Below are positions 28,384-36,589 of a stretch of 64,000 nt of DNA, in pieces; the stretch's first letter is position 1, and every line of letters starts with the position of its first letter. Source of the stretch: Candidatus Daviesbacteria bacterium (lineage in GTDB: Bacteria > Patescibacteriota > Microgenomatia > Daviesbacterales > UBA10151); contig JAUSHL010000018.1 in NCBI GenBank assembly GCA_030648645.1, positions 2,225-66,224 on the forward strand, written 5' to 3'. The position numbers and the translations under genes were made by a program. The notes below the pieces were generated by a model, which was not told where the DNA came from, made no database searches, and worked only from the letters and a program-made list of their open reading frames with translations.

Positions 28384-29046
28384 GGCAATAGAATCTCCGA
28401 TATTTTCTGAACCACGACCTTCTTTAGCTTTATATAATGCTTGATCAGCTCTTTGACGGATACTTCTTACAGTATCATCAGATTTTACTGCAGTTAATCC
28501 TAAACTCATGGTTTGCCTGTGAGGATAATTTTGGAAATTTTCTTTTGTTTCTACCTCAATGGCAGTTCTAATTCTTTTGGCAGCAGGAATAGCATTATCC
28601 ATCTCTGCCCCAACCATAAATATTAGAAATTCATCTCCTCCTCTAGCTAAGAGATCATATTCTTCCCGCCTACTTTTTCTCTTTTCTTTCATCTCATCTT
28701 CTGGCTCAGTAGTTCTAGTATGTTGGTGAAGAATTTTTCCAGCAAGTCTTAGCAAATCATCTCCTGTGGGATGTCCTTCTGAATCATTAAATGTTTTAAA
28801 ATAATCTAAATCTACACTAATTAAAGTTCCACTAATACCTTGTTCCAAATATGCAGACAGTATTTTTTCAAAACCATCTATTGATAAGAAATCTTCAATT
28901 AATCCATCCCGATGAACTAGTCTAAAAAATTCCACTTCACTCATAGTGCCATTTCTAATACGGTTATATTGCTCTTTTGTCTTTGGATCTATTGGAAATT
29001 CAAAAGTTATTGGAGATTGTTCAACTGTTTGATCCATTTCTCCCAT
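28375..29046 (-). CDS. GGDEF-domain diguanylate cyclase-like protein
   Basis: RGGDEF motif and DLDYFKTFND upstream element. Confidence 0.7.
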   Translation of the reverse strand: MGEMDQTVEQSPITFEFPIDPKTKEQYNRIRNGTMSEVEFFRLVHRDGLIEDFLSIDGFEKILSAYLEQGISGTLISVDLDYFKTFNDSEGHPTGDDLLRLAGKILHQHTRTTEPEDEMKEKRKSRREEYDLLARGGDEFLIFMVGAEMDNAIPAAKRIRTAIEVETKENFQNYPHRQTMSLGLTAVKSDDTVRSIRQRADQALYKAKEGRGSENIGDSIALL

Positions 29047-29082
29047 TTTACATTAACAGAAGGATTTATTACAATCTTTGTG

Positions 29083-30903
29083 ATGATATTTGGTAAATTT
29101 GCGGAGTATTTGGAAAAATTAGAAACAACTTCTTCCAGATTATCTTTGATTGATATTTTAGCTGATCTTTTTTCTGAAGTTAAAGCAGATGAAATTGCTG
29201 AAGTGGTATATCTAATTCAGGGCAGAGTAGCTCCATTTTATGAACCAATTGAGATTGGGATGAGTGAAAAGTTAGTAGCAAGTGCAATTGCTCAAGCTTA
29301 TGGAGTTTCTAAAGAAGAAGTGTTGCAAGAATATAGCAAAGTGGGGGATTTGGGGAAGGTGACAGAGAAACTGGCGGGGCCTGCTATGTCATCCCTGCGA
29401 AAGCAGGGATCCATAAAGAATCCGGATGGATCCCGGATCCCTTCGGCCTCGCTCAGGGCGGGCAAGTCCGGGATGACAGTGGGAACGGTTTCTGAAACCT
29501 TATTGGAAATTGCCAAGATTTCTGGAAATGGGACTGTGGAAAAAAGAGTTAATCTTTTGTCTGATTTGTTAAAACAACTTGATCCAGTATCTGCCAAACA
29601 TTTAGTCAGAATTCCGATGGGAGCCTCCCGTCTTGGAGTTGGAGATCCCACAATCCTCGAAGCTTTTGCCCTCGCTAAATTGGGAGATAGAAAACATAGA
29701 AAAGTGTTGGAGGATGCTTACAATAAAACTTCTGATTTAGGAATTATTGGGCAGACTTTATGGAAAAGTGGAATAAAGGGGATTGAAAAATTGGATGTGG
29801 AGGTGGGAAGACCTTTAAGATCAGAGCTGACAGAAAGATTACCGGATGCAAAAACAATTTTGGAAAAAATGGGAGGCAGAGCTCATTGCCAACGGAAATT
29901 TGATGGATTTCGTGTACAAATCCATAAAAATGGGAATAATGTCAGATTATTTTCCAGAAATTTAGAAGAAACTACCCCAATGATGCCAGAGATTGTGGCA
30001 GGAGTATTAAGTCAGGTCAAAGCCAAAACTGCTATTTTGGACTCAGAAGCTCTGGCTTACAATCCTGATTCAGAGGAATTTTTACCTTTTCAGGAAACCA
30101 CTAAAAGGAGAAGAAAATATGATATTGAAGAAATGAGCAAAAAATTACCCCTGAAAGCTTTTGTTTTTGACATTATGTATCTTGATGGAAGATCGTTGGT
30201 CGGAGAATCGTTAGTCGAAAGAATGAAAAAATTAAAACAAGCAGTTTCAGGAGATGAAACCCTTATCCCTGAACCTGGGGTTTTTACAGATTCTGCAGAA
30301 AAAATCCAGGAACTTTTTGATGATGCTATTACCAAAGGGCTGGAAGGATTAATTGTTAAAAAACCTGATTCTAAATATGAAGCAGGAGCAAGGAATTTTA
30401 ATTGGGTAAAGCTAAAACGGCATAGTGCCGGGGAATTACACGACACCATTGATTGTGTAATTTTAGGATATATTTTTGGTAAAGGGAAAAGGTCTTCTTT
30501 TGGGGCAGGGTCACTCTTGGTTGGTGTTTATGATGAGAAAAAGGATATGTTTGTCACAGTTTCCAAAATTGGGACAGGACTTACAGATATAGAATGGAAA
30601 GAGGTACATAGGAGAGCTGATAAAATTTCTGTTGATAAAAAACCTGCCAGAGTTGATTCTGTGATAGTCCCTACAGTTTGGATTAAACCAGAGATTGTGA
30701 TAGAAGTTTTGGCAGATGAGATCACTAAATCTCCTACTCATACAGCAGGGAAGGTAGGAGATGAGCCTGGATTTGCCCTCAGATTTCCCAGATTGGTGAG
30801 GTTTAGAGCAGCTGACAAAAGACCTGAGGATGCCACAACTGTTCAGGAACTTTTAGAGATGTATAATATGCAATATGAGCATAAAAAAGAACAAAATAAG
30901 TAA
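29083..30903 (+). CDS. lig: ATP-dependent DNA ligase
   Basis: KxDG adenylation motif (QRKFDGFRVQIH), DNA-binding, adenylation and OB domains. The ORF opens at 28969 but that stretch overlaps the GGDEF gene, so the in-frame ATG at 29083 (MIFGKFAEYLEKLETTSSR) is preferred. Carries a mini-repeat insert at 29388-29477. Confidence 0.8.
   Translation: MIFGKFAEYLEKLETTSSRLSLIDILADLFSEVKADEIAEVVYLIQGRVAPFYEPIEIGMSEKLVASAIAQAYGVSKEEVLQEYSKVGDLGKVTEKLAGPAMSSLRKQGSIKNPDGSRIPSASLRAGKSGMTVGTVSETLLEIAKISGNGTVEKRVNLLSDLLKQLDPVSAKHLVRIPMGASRLGVGDPTILEAFALAKLGDRKHRKVLEDAYNKTSDLGIIGQTLWKSGIKGIEKLDVEVGRPLRSELTERLPDAKTILEKMGGRAHCQRKFDGFRVQIHKNGNNVRLFSRNLEETTPMMPEIVAGVLSQVKAKTAILDSEALAYNPDSEEFLPFQETTKRRRKYDIEEMSKKLPLKAFVFDIMYLDGRSLVGESLVERMKKLKQAVSGDETLIPEPGVFTDSAEKIQELFDDAITKGLEGLIVKKPDSKYEAGARNFNWVKLKRHSAGELHDTIDCVILGYIFGKGKRSSFGAGSLLVGVYDEKKDMFVTVSKIGTGLTDIEWKEVHRRADKISVDKKPARVDSVIVPTVWIKPEIVIEVLADEITKSPTHTAGKVGDEPGFALRFPRLVRFRAADKRPEDATTVQELLEMYNMQYEHKKEQNK
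29388..29477. repeat. GTCATCCCTGCGAAAGCAGGGATCC...GGGATGAC mini-repeat inserted in frame in the ligase
   Basis: Shares a 45-nt core with 10660-10718. Confidence 0.8.
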
Positions 30904-31589
30904 TGGCTACTAGTTATGAAATGTTGCGGCACATGTATACCCAGTTGGAAACAGGTATTAATGGTTTTGCTACGGATGACGATCGGTATACCGATCGTCG
31001 GTATGTGGATCTTGGTAGAAACAAAAAGGATAAGTTCTTAACTATATCAACTAGCGTAAGCCTTCTTTATTACCCCAATCCAAGTTACCGTCTCAATTTA
31101 AGTATTGCTTATAGCCCTAAGGTAAAAAGGGGTGGTTATGGTGACTTAGATAGCCTACCTCCCCATTTAAAGATGAGATTTCCGTTAATAGGTGTATTTG
31201 ACTTTGATTGTGATAGACCCGAGCAAGTAACTACTCCCTTTGGTGCTTTACCCAGGTATATTATTGGCTCAGATGATAAATTGTATACGATACAAAATTA
31301 TTATTTCCTAAATTTCCAAGGGCAAGCGGTAAAAGTTGAAGAAGTATCTCAAGCTCAAGGTGAGAACCAGACTTTAGAAGAGGCGCTTAATGATTTTGGA
31401 GATGAAGGAGATATTGTTAGAGTATCATTTTCTCCTAGAAGGAATGGTAAAGGTAGTTGGAGTGTAGTCGTCGATTTAAGAGGTGGAGATTTGGAAAAGC
31501 TCGGATTTTTGGCTAGTGAGATAGAAAACGGGCAATTCAAAAAAGTGACTTTGCAAGATCTGGGCTTGCGCTCAGATTTCCAAGATTAG
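30903..31589 (+). CDS. hypothetical protein (228 aa); start overlaps the ligase stop (TAATG); C-terminus runs into a ligase 3' fragment
   Basis: No family recognised. Confidence 0.5.
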   Translation: MATSYEMLRHMYTQLETGINGFATDDDRYTDRRYVDLGRNKKDKFLTISTSVSLLYYPNPSYRLNLSIAYSPKVKRGGYGDLDSLPPHLKMRFPLIGVFDFDCDRPEQVTTPFGALPRYIIGSDDKLYTIQNYYFLNFQGQAVKVEEVSQAQGENQTLEEALNDFGDEGDIVRVSFSPRRNGKGSWSVVVDLRGGDLEKLGFLASEIENGQFKKVTLQDLGLRSDFQD

Positions 31590-31678
31590 TTAGATTTAGA
31601 GAAGAAGATAAAAGACCAGCAGATGCTGCAACTGTTAGAGAGCTGGAGATGTATGAGCAACAATACAAAAAGAGCTAG
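31568..31678 (+). pseudogene. orphan duplicate of the DNA ligase 3' end (copy 2)
   Basis: Translates ALRFPRLVRFREEDKRPADAATVRELEMYEQQYKKS, matching the ligase C-terminus ALRFPRLVRFRAADKRPEDATTVQELLEMYNMQYEHKK. Confidence 0.7.
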
Positions 31679-31703
31679 GTTGTATTATTAAATATAATGC
31701 AAG

Positions 31704-31732
31704 TTGACAAATATAATGTAAATTGGTAAAAT
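31704..31732 (+). promoter_or_regulatory. sigma-70-like promoter (TTGACA-17-TAAAAT)
   Basis: 9 nt upstream of the vapB-like ATG at 31742. Confidence 0.5.
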
Positions 31733-31741
31733 TAATGTAAT

Positions 31742-31990
31742 ATGTACACAGTTTCTATTACTTCCCAAGGGCAAATAAGTATTCCTGTTAAACTCCGTCG
31801 TTTACTCGGCTTAGATAAATATAATAAGGCTATTATTTCTGAAAATGCCGGAAAATTAATAGTGGAGCCAGTAGGAGACATATTAAGCTTAGGTGGAACT
31901 TTTAAAACAAAGAAAAGACTACCATTTAGAAAAATCCATGAAGGATTTGAACAATATCTAGCAGATGAGGGAATGAAGGGAATGAGATGA
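31742..31990 (+). CDS. AbrB/SpoVT-type antitoxin (VapB-like)
   Basis: MYTVSITSQGQISIPVKLRRLLGL swapped-hairpin motif. Confidence 0.55.
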   Translation: MYTVSITSQGQISIPVKLRRLLGLDKYNKAIISENAGKLIVEPVGDILSLGGTFKTKKRLPFRKIHEGFEQYLADEGMKGMR

Positions 31991-32391
31991 CTAGTTTGGT
32001 TATAGATACCAACACCCTCCTAAGATTTTTACTAAACGATATTCCATCTCAATACAAATTAATCCACCAGAAAATTCAACAAGCTAAAGCGGGTAAAATA
32101 AAGTTAATTATTCCACAAATTGTAATGTTTGAAATAATCTATACTTTGGATAAAGTATACGGTTTTGATAAGAGAAAAATACTCCAAGGAATACAAGAAA
32201 TATTTTCGTCAGATTATTTAGAAATTCAGGATAAAGAAATTTTTATTGAGACCACAAAAATGTATGAAAACAGCAATAAAGTAAGTGTTGCAGACTGTTT
32301 TATATCTTCGTTTGCCAAGGCAAATGATGCAAAACTTTTTAGTTTTGATAAAGATCTCAATAAGCTCGTTTCCCAGGTTGGTAAGATTTAG
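31987..32391 (+). CDS. PIN-domain toxin (VapC-like); 3' end overlaps ligase-end copy 3 in another frame
   Basis: LVIDTNTLLRFLLND, SFDKDL motifs. Confidence 0.65.
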   Translation: MTSLVIDTNTLLRFLLNDIPSQYKLIHQKIQQAKAGKIKLIIPQIVMFEIIYTLDKVYGFDKRKILQGIQEIFSSDYLEIQDKEIFIETTKMYENSNKVSVADCFISSFAKANDAKLFSFDKDLNKLVSQVGKI

Positions 32392-32470
32392 AGAAACAGA
32401 TAGGCACTTTGAGGATGTTACAACTGTGAAAGAATTAGTAGAAATGTACCAACAGCAATATAAAAAATGA
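32369..32470 (+). pseudogene. orphan duplicate of the DNA ligase 3' end (copy 3)
   Basis: Translates FPRLVRFRETDRHFEDVTTVKELVEMYQQQYKK; the ORF-track ORF 32285-32470 is this fragment extended upstream through vapC. Confidence 0.7.
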
Positions 32471-33081
32471 ATCAGGAAATAAAAAACGGGAAAATTATAT
32501 TTTACAAGCAACTTATACTTATTCCTCCTGAATTGGCTGTACAGTGTGGTATTAGGACTGAGGCTCCAGTATTCATTGATCCTTGGGCATACTTTCCATA
32601 TGCACAAGAAAAAAAAGACAAAAAACTTTTAATTTATCAAGGAGGGCTAACTGTTCGGACGCATAATATAGATCAGGTTCGTGGTGGTATTAGATATTGG
32701 CAGAATAATTATTTAACAGGTGTAGCACGGCGTTGGTCGGTTGTATTAGAGCCTTTGGGGAAAACGTATCCCGATGAATTTTTTCATGCGGCACCAACCT
32801 ACAGGTCCGAAGCTATAACAGTAAGAAAAATTGTTCCGTTATGTGTGGGAAGACATAATGATGATCCTAATGTAGAAGGTCATAATGATGTAAGAGAAAT
32901 TCATGAGGGGGTGATCTTTGAAGGTGAATATGGTTTATGGCCAATTTGTAGTTTAGATAGACATAAAGACCCAGATTCTATTGATTGGCGTTACAGAAGA
33001 AGTTTTAATAATGGATCAATAAGTCGTATAAAGTATGGTTTTGTTGTGGATGAACAAGGAGGAATAAGTTTCTATAAATAA
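32467..33081 (+). CDS. hypothetical protein (204 aa); start overlaps the stop of the ligase fragment (ATGA)
   Basis: No family recognised. Confidence 0.5.
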   Translation: MNQEIKNGKIIFYKQLILIPPELAVQCGIRTEAPVFIDPWAYFPYAQEKKDKKLLIYQGGLTVRTHNIDQVRGGIRYWQNNYLTGVARRWSVVLEPLGKTYPDEFFHAAPTYRSEAITVRKIVPLCVGRHNDDPNVEGHNDVREIHEGVIFEGEYGLWPICSLDRHKDPDSIDWRYRRSFNNGSISRIKYGFVVDEQGGISFYK

Positions 33082-33092
33082 TCTTATCTATT

Positions 33093-33126
33093 TGCCATAC
33101 TTGCACCGATCGGACTAAGTATGGCA
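33093..33126. promoter_or_regulatory. type C spaced inverted repeat (TGCCATACTT-GCACCGATCGGACT-AAGTATGGCA)
   Basis: Perfect 10-bp arms around a CCGATCGG core; ends 5 nt before the ATG of paralog C. Confidence 0.5.
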
Positions 33127-33130
33127 GAGT

Positions 33131-33661
33131 ATGGATATGGGGTTGTATATTAAAAAAGGAAGTTTAAGCCAAGCGTTATTGACTGCTTTGGAAAAAACTG
33201 TTGATGGTATGGTAAGACTGGAAGATTTTGCCTATCATTCAGGTTTTTATGCATATGGTGGTGGTTGGCAGTATCCTTTGAAAAAATCTGCTTTGTCCAA
33301 AGCTATTTCCAGATTAAAGGAAAAAGGTTTTGTTGAAACCGAGGGTAATGAAATAGAGTTAGTTCTGAAACTAACAGATGAGGGGAAACAGGCATTATTT
33401 TTATCTGGTATTTCTGAGGAAAAAAAATGGGATGGAAAATGGAGAATTGTTATTTTTGATATTCCGGAGGAGAAAAGATTAATCAGAAATATGTTCAGAA
33501 GAAATCTCAAGAAATGGGAATTTAAACCTTTGCAGAAATCTGTTTGGATTTCCAAAAAACATGTTACAGAAAAACTTATTGATTATATAAAATATTTAAA
33601 AATAGAGGAGTGGGTTTTAGTAATTGAATCTGATAAAATTGGCCCAAAATCCATACTTTGA
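33131..33661 (+). CDS. wHTH plus Cas2/PaaX-C-like domain protein (paralog C, no TM anchor)
   Basis: KKWDGKWRIVIFDIPEEKRLIRNMFRRNLKKWEFKPLQKSVWIS. Confidence 0.55.
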   Translation: MDMGLYIKKGSLSQALLTALEKTVDGMVRLEDFAYHSGFYAYGGGWQYPLKKSALSKAISRLKEKGFVETEGNEIELVLKLTDEGKQALFLSGISEEKKWDGKWRIVIFDIPEEKRLIRNMFRRNLKKWEFKPLQKSVWISKKHVTEKLIDYIKYLKIEEWVLVIESDKIGPKSIL

Positions 33662-33683
33662 ACGATCGGATCAAGTATGGATT
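33650..33683. repeat. second type C element (TCCATACTTTGA-ACGATCGGA-TCAAGTATGGA) overlapping the stop of paralog C
   Basis: Same arm and core architecture as 33093-33126. Confidence 0.5.
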
Positions 33684-33725
33684 AAAATAGAATTTGAGTA
33701 TCAATTGTTGTGATATAATACTTCT

Positions 33726-33986
33726 ATGCCAAAGGTATTAAATTTTAGAGTCATTATCGAACAAGATGAGGATGGAGTTTTTGTAGCCTCTGTGCCGGCT
33801 ATTCCAGGTTGCTATACTCAAGGTAAAACTTATGATGAAGCAACCAAACGTATAAAAGAGGTAATTGAACTATGTTTAGAGGAGGCTAAGGATAATCCTG
33901 CATATAGAGCGAGGATTGATTTTAGCGAAAACTTTGAAGATAGATTTTTGGGAATAACCAATATCCCAGTAATCAATACTCTTTAA
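33726..33986 (+). CDS. hicB: HicB-family antitoxin
   Basis: FRVIIEQDEDGVFVASVPAIPGCYTQGKTYDEA HicB/UPF0150 N-terminus. Confidence 0.6.
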   Translation: MPKVLNFRVIIEQDEDGVFVASVPAIPGCYTQGKTYDEATKRIKEVIELCLEEAKDNPAYRARIDFSENFEDRFLGITNIPVINTL

Positions 33987-34216
33987 TGCCTAAATTACCT
34001 GTTATTTCCGGAAAAGAATTAATTAAAATCCTTTTCAAACTTGGTTTTATAGAATCCAGGCAAACTGGTAGTCATAAAATTTTCAAGCATTCGGATGGTC
34101 GCACGACTTCAGTACCTATGCACTCAGGAGAAGATTTAGGTAAAGGTCTCTTGAGAAAAATTCTTCATCAAATTGAGGTTCCACCAGATCAATTTCAGAA
34201 ACTATTAAAAAGATAG
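33986..34216 (+). CDS. hicA: HicA-family mRNA interferase toxin
   Basis: ISGKELIKILFKLGF...RQTGSHKIFKH HicA signature. Confidence 0.65.
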   Translation: MPKLPVISGKELIKILFKLGFIESRQTGSHKIFKHSDGRTTSVPMHSGEDLGKGLLRKILHQIEVPPDQFQKLLKR

Positions 34217-34824
34217 TGAAACATATTATGTCCAAAGTTGATGCGTTGGCTGATTTAAAAAAGAAAATGGATGATGATAAAACCTTGCCTCTTCGGGAAG
34301 GGGCGACACAGTTGGTTTTTGGGGAAGGAAATCCTAATGCTTTAATTTATTATTTGGGAGAAGGACCTGGGTTTCATGAGGATAAGCAAGGCAGACCTTT
34401 TGTGGGGATGGCAGGAAAATTATTGGATGAGACAAATTTATCAATTGGAATAAAAAGAAAAGATGTTTATATTTCCAATGTAGTCAGATTTAGGCCACCT
34501 TCAAACAGAGATCCGGAAGAGTTTGAAATTATGGCTTTTCAACCCTATGTGGATGCCGAAATTCAAATAATAAAACCAAAAATAATTGTGACTTTGGGTA
34601 GATTTTCTATGGGAAAATTTTTCCCAGGAGAAAGAATTTCAGGTATTCATGGCAAACCTAAAAAAATGCTTTGGCAGGGATTGGATTTGGTAGTAATTCC
34701 AATGTATCATCCAGCAGCAGCTCTTCGAAATGGCAATATGATGCAATCTTTTAAAGAAGATTTTAAAATTATTCCCCAAATAATGGAAGAGTTGCATAAA
34801 ACAGAACAGATAAGTTTGTTTTAA
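34216..34824 (+). CDS. uracil-DNA glycosylase family 4
   Basis: GEGPG motif followed by GRPFVG. Confidence 0.8.
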   Translation: MKHIMSKVDALADLKKKMDDDKTLPLREGATQLVFGEGNPNALIYYLGEGPGFHEDKQGRPFVGMAGKLLDETNLSIGIKRKDVYISNVVRFRPPSNRDPEEFEIMAFQPYVDAEIQIIKPKIIVTLGRFSMGKFFPGERISGIHGKPKKMLWQGLDLVVIPMYHPAAALRNGNMMQSFKEDFKIIPQIMEELHKTEQISLF

Positions 34825-34837
34825 ATTTGTTTGGGTT

Positions 34838-34950
34838 GTTCGGGGTCCTGTCGTTCGACAGCCCCGTCCGATGTCCTCTCCGGCAACTGCCGGATTGTGG
34901 GCACTCGACGGGGCGCCCCGTCTCACGCCACCCCTCACAAAGTGCACCAC
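34838..34950. other. GC-rich structured element (three consecutive GC hairpins) in an AT-rich genome; candidate small structured RNA
   Basis: CGGGG[CTGTCGttCGACAG]CCCCG, CCGGCAacTGCCGG and GACGGGGCGCCCCGTC; about 65% GC; lies between udg and pth. Confidence 0.35.
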
Positions 34951-35006
34951 ATTTTTCAGTTAACCTTGATTTCGCTGTTTTTTGAAATAAATGTTAATAT
35001 ACTTAT

Positions 35007-35594
35007 ATGAATTTGAAATTAATTGTTGGGCTTGGAAATCCGGGAGAGAAATATGAAAATACCAGACATAATTTGGGGTTTAGAGTGGTGGATGAATTGA
35101 GTGAGAAGATAGAAGGTGGAGAATGGAAACTGGAAAAGAAATTTAAAAGCGAGATCCTTCTCCTTCGACAAGCTCAGGATCAGGATGACAATTTGATTTT
35201 GGTGAAACCCCAGACTTTTATGAATGAATCCGGATTGGCTGTTAAGCTTTTGGCAGATTATTACAAAATTTCAGTGGAGGATATCATTATTATTCATGAT
35301 GATGTAGATATTGTTTTGGGGAAAATTAAAGTAAGACAAGGAGGTTCCGGAGGGGGGCATCATGGGGTGGAATCAATAATCAAGCAGTTACTGAATGATC
35401 AATTTGTCAGAGTCAGATTAGGGATTGGGGGAGTTAAAAGATTAAGTGAAGAGAGAAACATCGAAAAATTTGTGCTGGAAACATTTTTGCCCAATGAGAG
35501 ATCTAAAGTTAAACACATGATCAAAACAGCAGTAGGGGCTATAAAACTTTTATTGGAAAAAGGTCTGGAAAAAGCTCAGAATCAGTATAATTAG
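35007..35594 (+). CDS. pth: peptidyl-tRNA hydrolase
   Basis: LIVGLGNPG..Y..TRHNLGF N-terminal signature. Confidence 0.85.
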   Translation: MNLKLIVGLGNPGEKYENTRHNLGFRVVDELSEKIEGGEWKLEKKFKSEILLLRQAQDQDDNLILVKPQTFMNESGLAVKLLADYYKISVEDIIIIHDDVDIVLGKIKVRQGGSGGGHHGVESIIKQLLNDQFVRVRLGIGGVKRLSEERNIEKFVLETFLPNERSKVKHMIKTAVGAIKLLLEKGLEKAQNQYN

Positions 35595-35603
35595 TTGACT
35601 ATT

Positions 35604-35699
35604 GTCATTGCGAGCGTAGCGAAGCAATCTGATCCTGGACAAGCCAGGATGACAGAAGAGATTGCTTCGTCGCAAGCTCCTCGCAATGACAGGGATGAC
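35604..35699. repeat. GTCATTGCGAGCGTAGCGAAGCAATC ... CTCGCAATGAC / GGATGAC mini-repeat cluster
   Basis: Palindromic units; same family as 18886, 22926 and 48090. Confidence 0.8.
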
Positions 35700-35738
35700 A
35701 TTTGACTAAATATACTAATATAAAGTAAACTATCTCTC

Positions 35739-36548
35739 ATGGATTCTAAAAAAAGCTTTTTTACTCCTCCCGTAGCTATTTTAGCAGGCAGTATTATTAT
35801 TGCTTTGGCAATTTTAATTGCAGGTGGAACTATCTCTATTCCTTTAAAAGCAGTTAAGGGAGTAAAAACAGAAGCTACTGTTCCTACTCCTCGGATTACT
35901 CAAGTACCAGAACAGCCAGCAATCACCCTGGATATCATCAAAAATGCTTTTTTCAAAGCCTCGATTAAATTTGGTGATGTCAATAAAAAGTTGATTGCAA
36001 TTGAAATTTCTGATCCAAGTTGTCCTTATTGTCAGGTGGCAGCAGGTCAAAACAGTGCTTTAAATAAACAAATGGGTCCTCAATTTACGCTAGTGGCTGA
36101 TGGGGGAACTTATGTAGCTCCAGTAGTGGAAATTGAAAAATTAATTACTGCCGGCAAAGCTGCTTTTGCCTGGATCTATTATCCCGGTCATGGAGCAGGT
36201 GAGATGGGAACTAAAGCTATGTATTGCGCTTTTGAAAAAGGGAAATTTTGGGAAGTACATAATTTGATTATGAGTGAAAAAGGATATGATTTATTAAATG
36301 ATATTGTCAAAAATGATAAAACAAAATCAGCAGATATTGCCGAATTTCTGGCTCCGGTATTTGACTCAGTAGCGATGAAAGCCTGTTTGGACAGTGGTAA
36401 ATATGATCAACAATTAAGAGACGATATGGCAATTGCTACAAGTTTGGGTGTCCGCGGAACACCTGGATTTTATCTTAATACTGCAAATTTCCCTGGTGCT
36501 GTTCCATTTTCTGCCATGGAATCGGTAGTTAATTCTGCTTTAAAATAA
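35739..36548 (+). CDS. DsbA-like thiol:disulfide oxidoreductase with N-terminal TM anchor
   Basis: CPYC thioredoxin-fold active site. Confidence 0.6.
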   Translation: MDSKKSFFTPPVAILAGSIIIALAILIAGGTISIPLKAVKGVKTEATVPTPRITQVPEQPAITLDIIKNAFFKASIKFGDVNKKLIAIEISDPSCPYCQVAAGQNSALNKQMGPQFTLVADGGTYVAPVVEIEKLITAGKAAFAWIYYPGHGAGEMGTKAMYCAFEKGKFWEVHNLIMSEKGYDLLNDIVKNDKTKSADIAEFLAPVFDSVAMKACLDSGKYDQQLRDDMAIATSLGVRGTPGFYLNTANFPGAVPFSAMESVVNSALK

Positions 36549-36589
36549 TTTGGATTTTAAATCTTTATACTTCTTGATACAATTTCATT

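Noticed and set aside
28969-29082. Upstream extension of the ligase ORF overlapping the GGDEF gene
   Set aside because: The extension encodes a low-complexity, hydrophobic peptide and overlaps a convergent gene. The conserved ligase N-terminus begins at the ATG at 29083.
32285-32470. 61-aa ORF called in the ORF track
   Set aside because: Its C-terminal 33 codons are a diverged copy of the DNA ligase C-terminus. The N-terminal part is an out-of-frame read-through of vapC. It is treated as an orphan gene fragment rather than a gene.
34838-34950. SRP (4.5S) RNA or tRNA-like gene in the GC-rich element
   Set aside because: I cannot find the conserved GGAAG/AGCAGCC-type domain IV motifs or a cloverleaf. 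It is retained only as an unclassified structured element.
34639-34950. 103-aa minus-strand ORF
   Set aside because: It is antisense to the UDG gene and runs through the GC-rich hairpin element. Its composition is Gly/Arg/Pro-rich, driven by the GC island.
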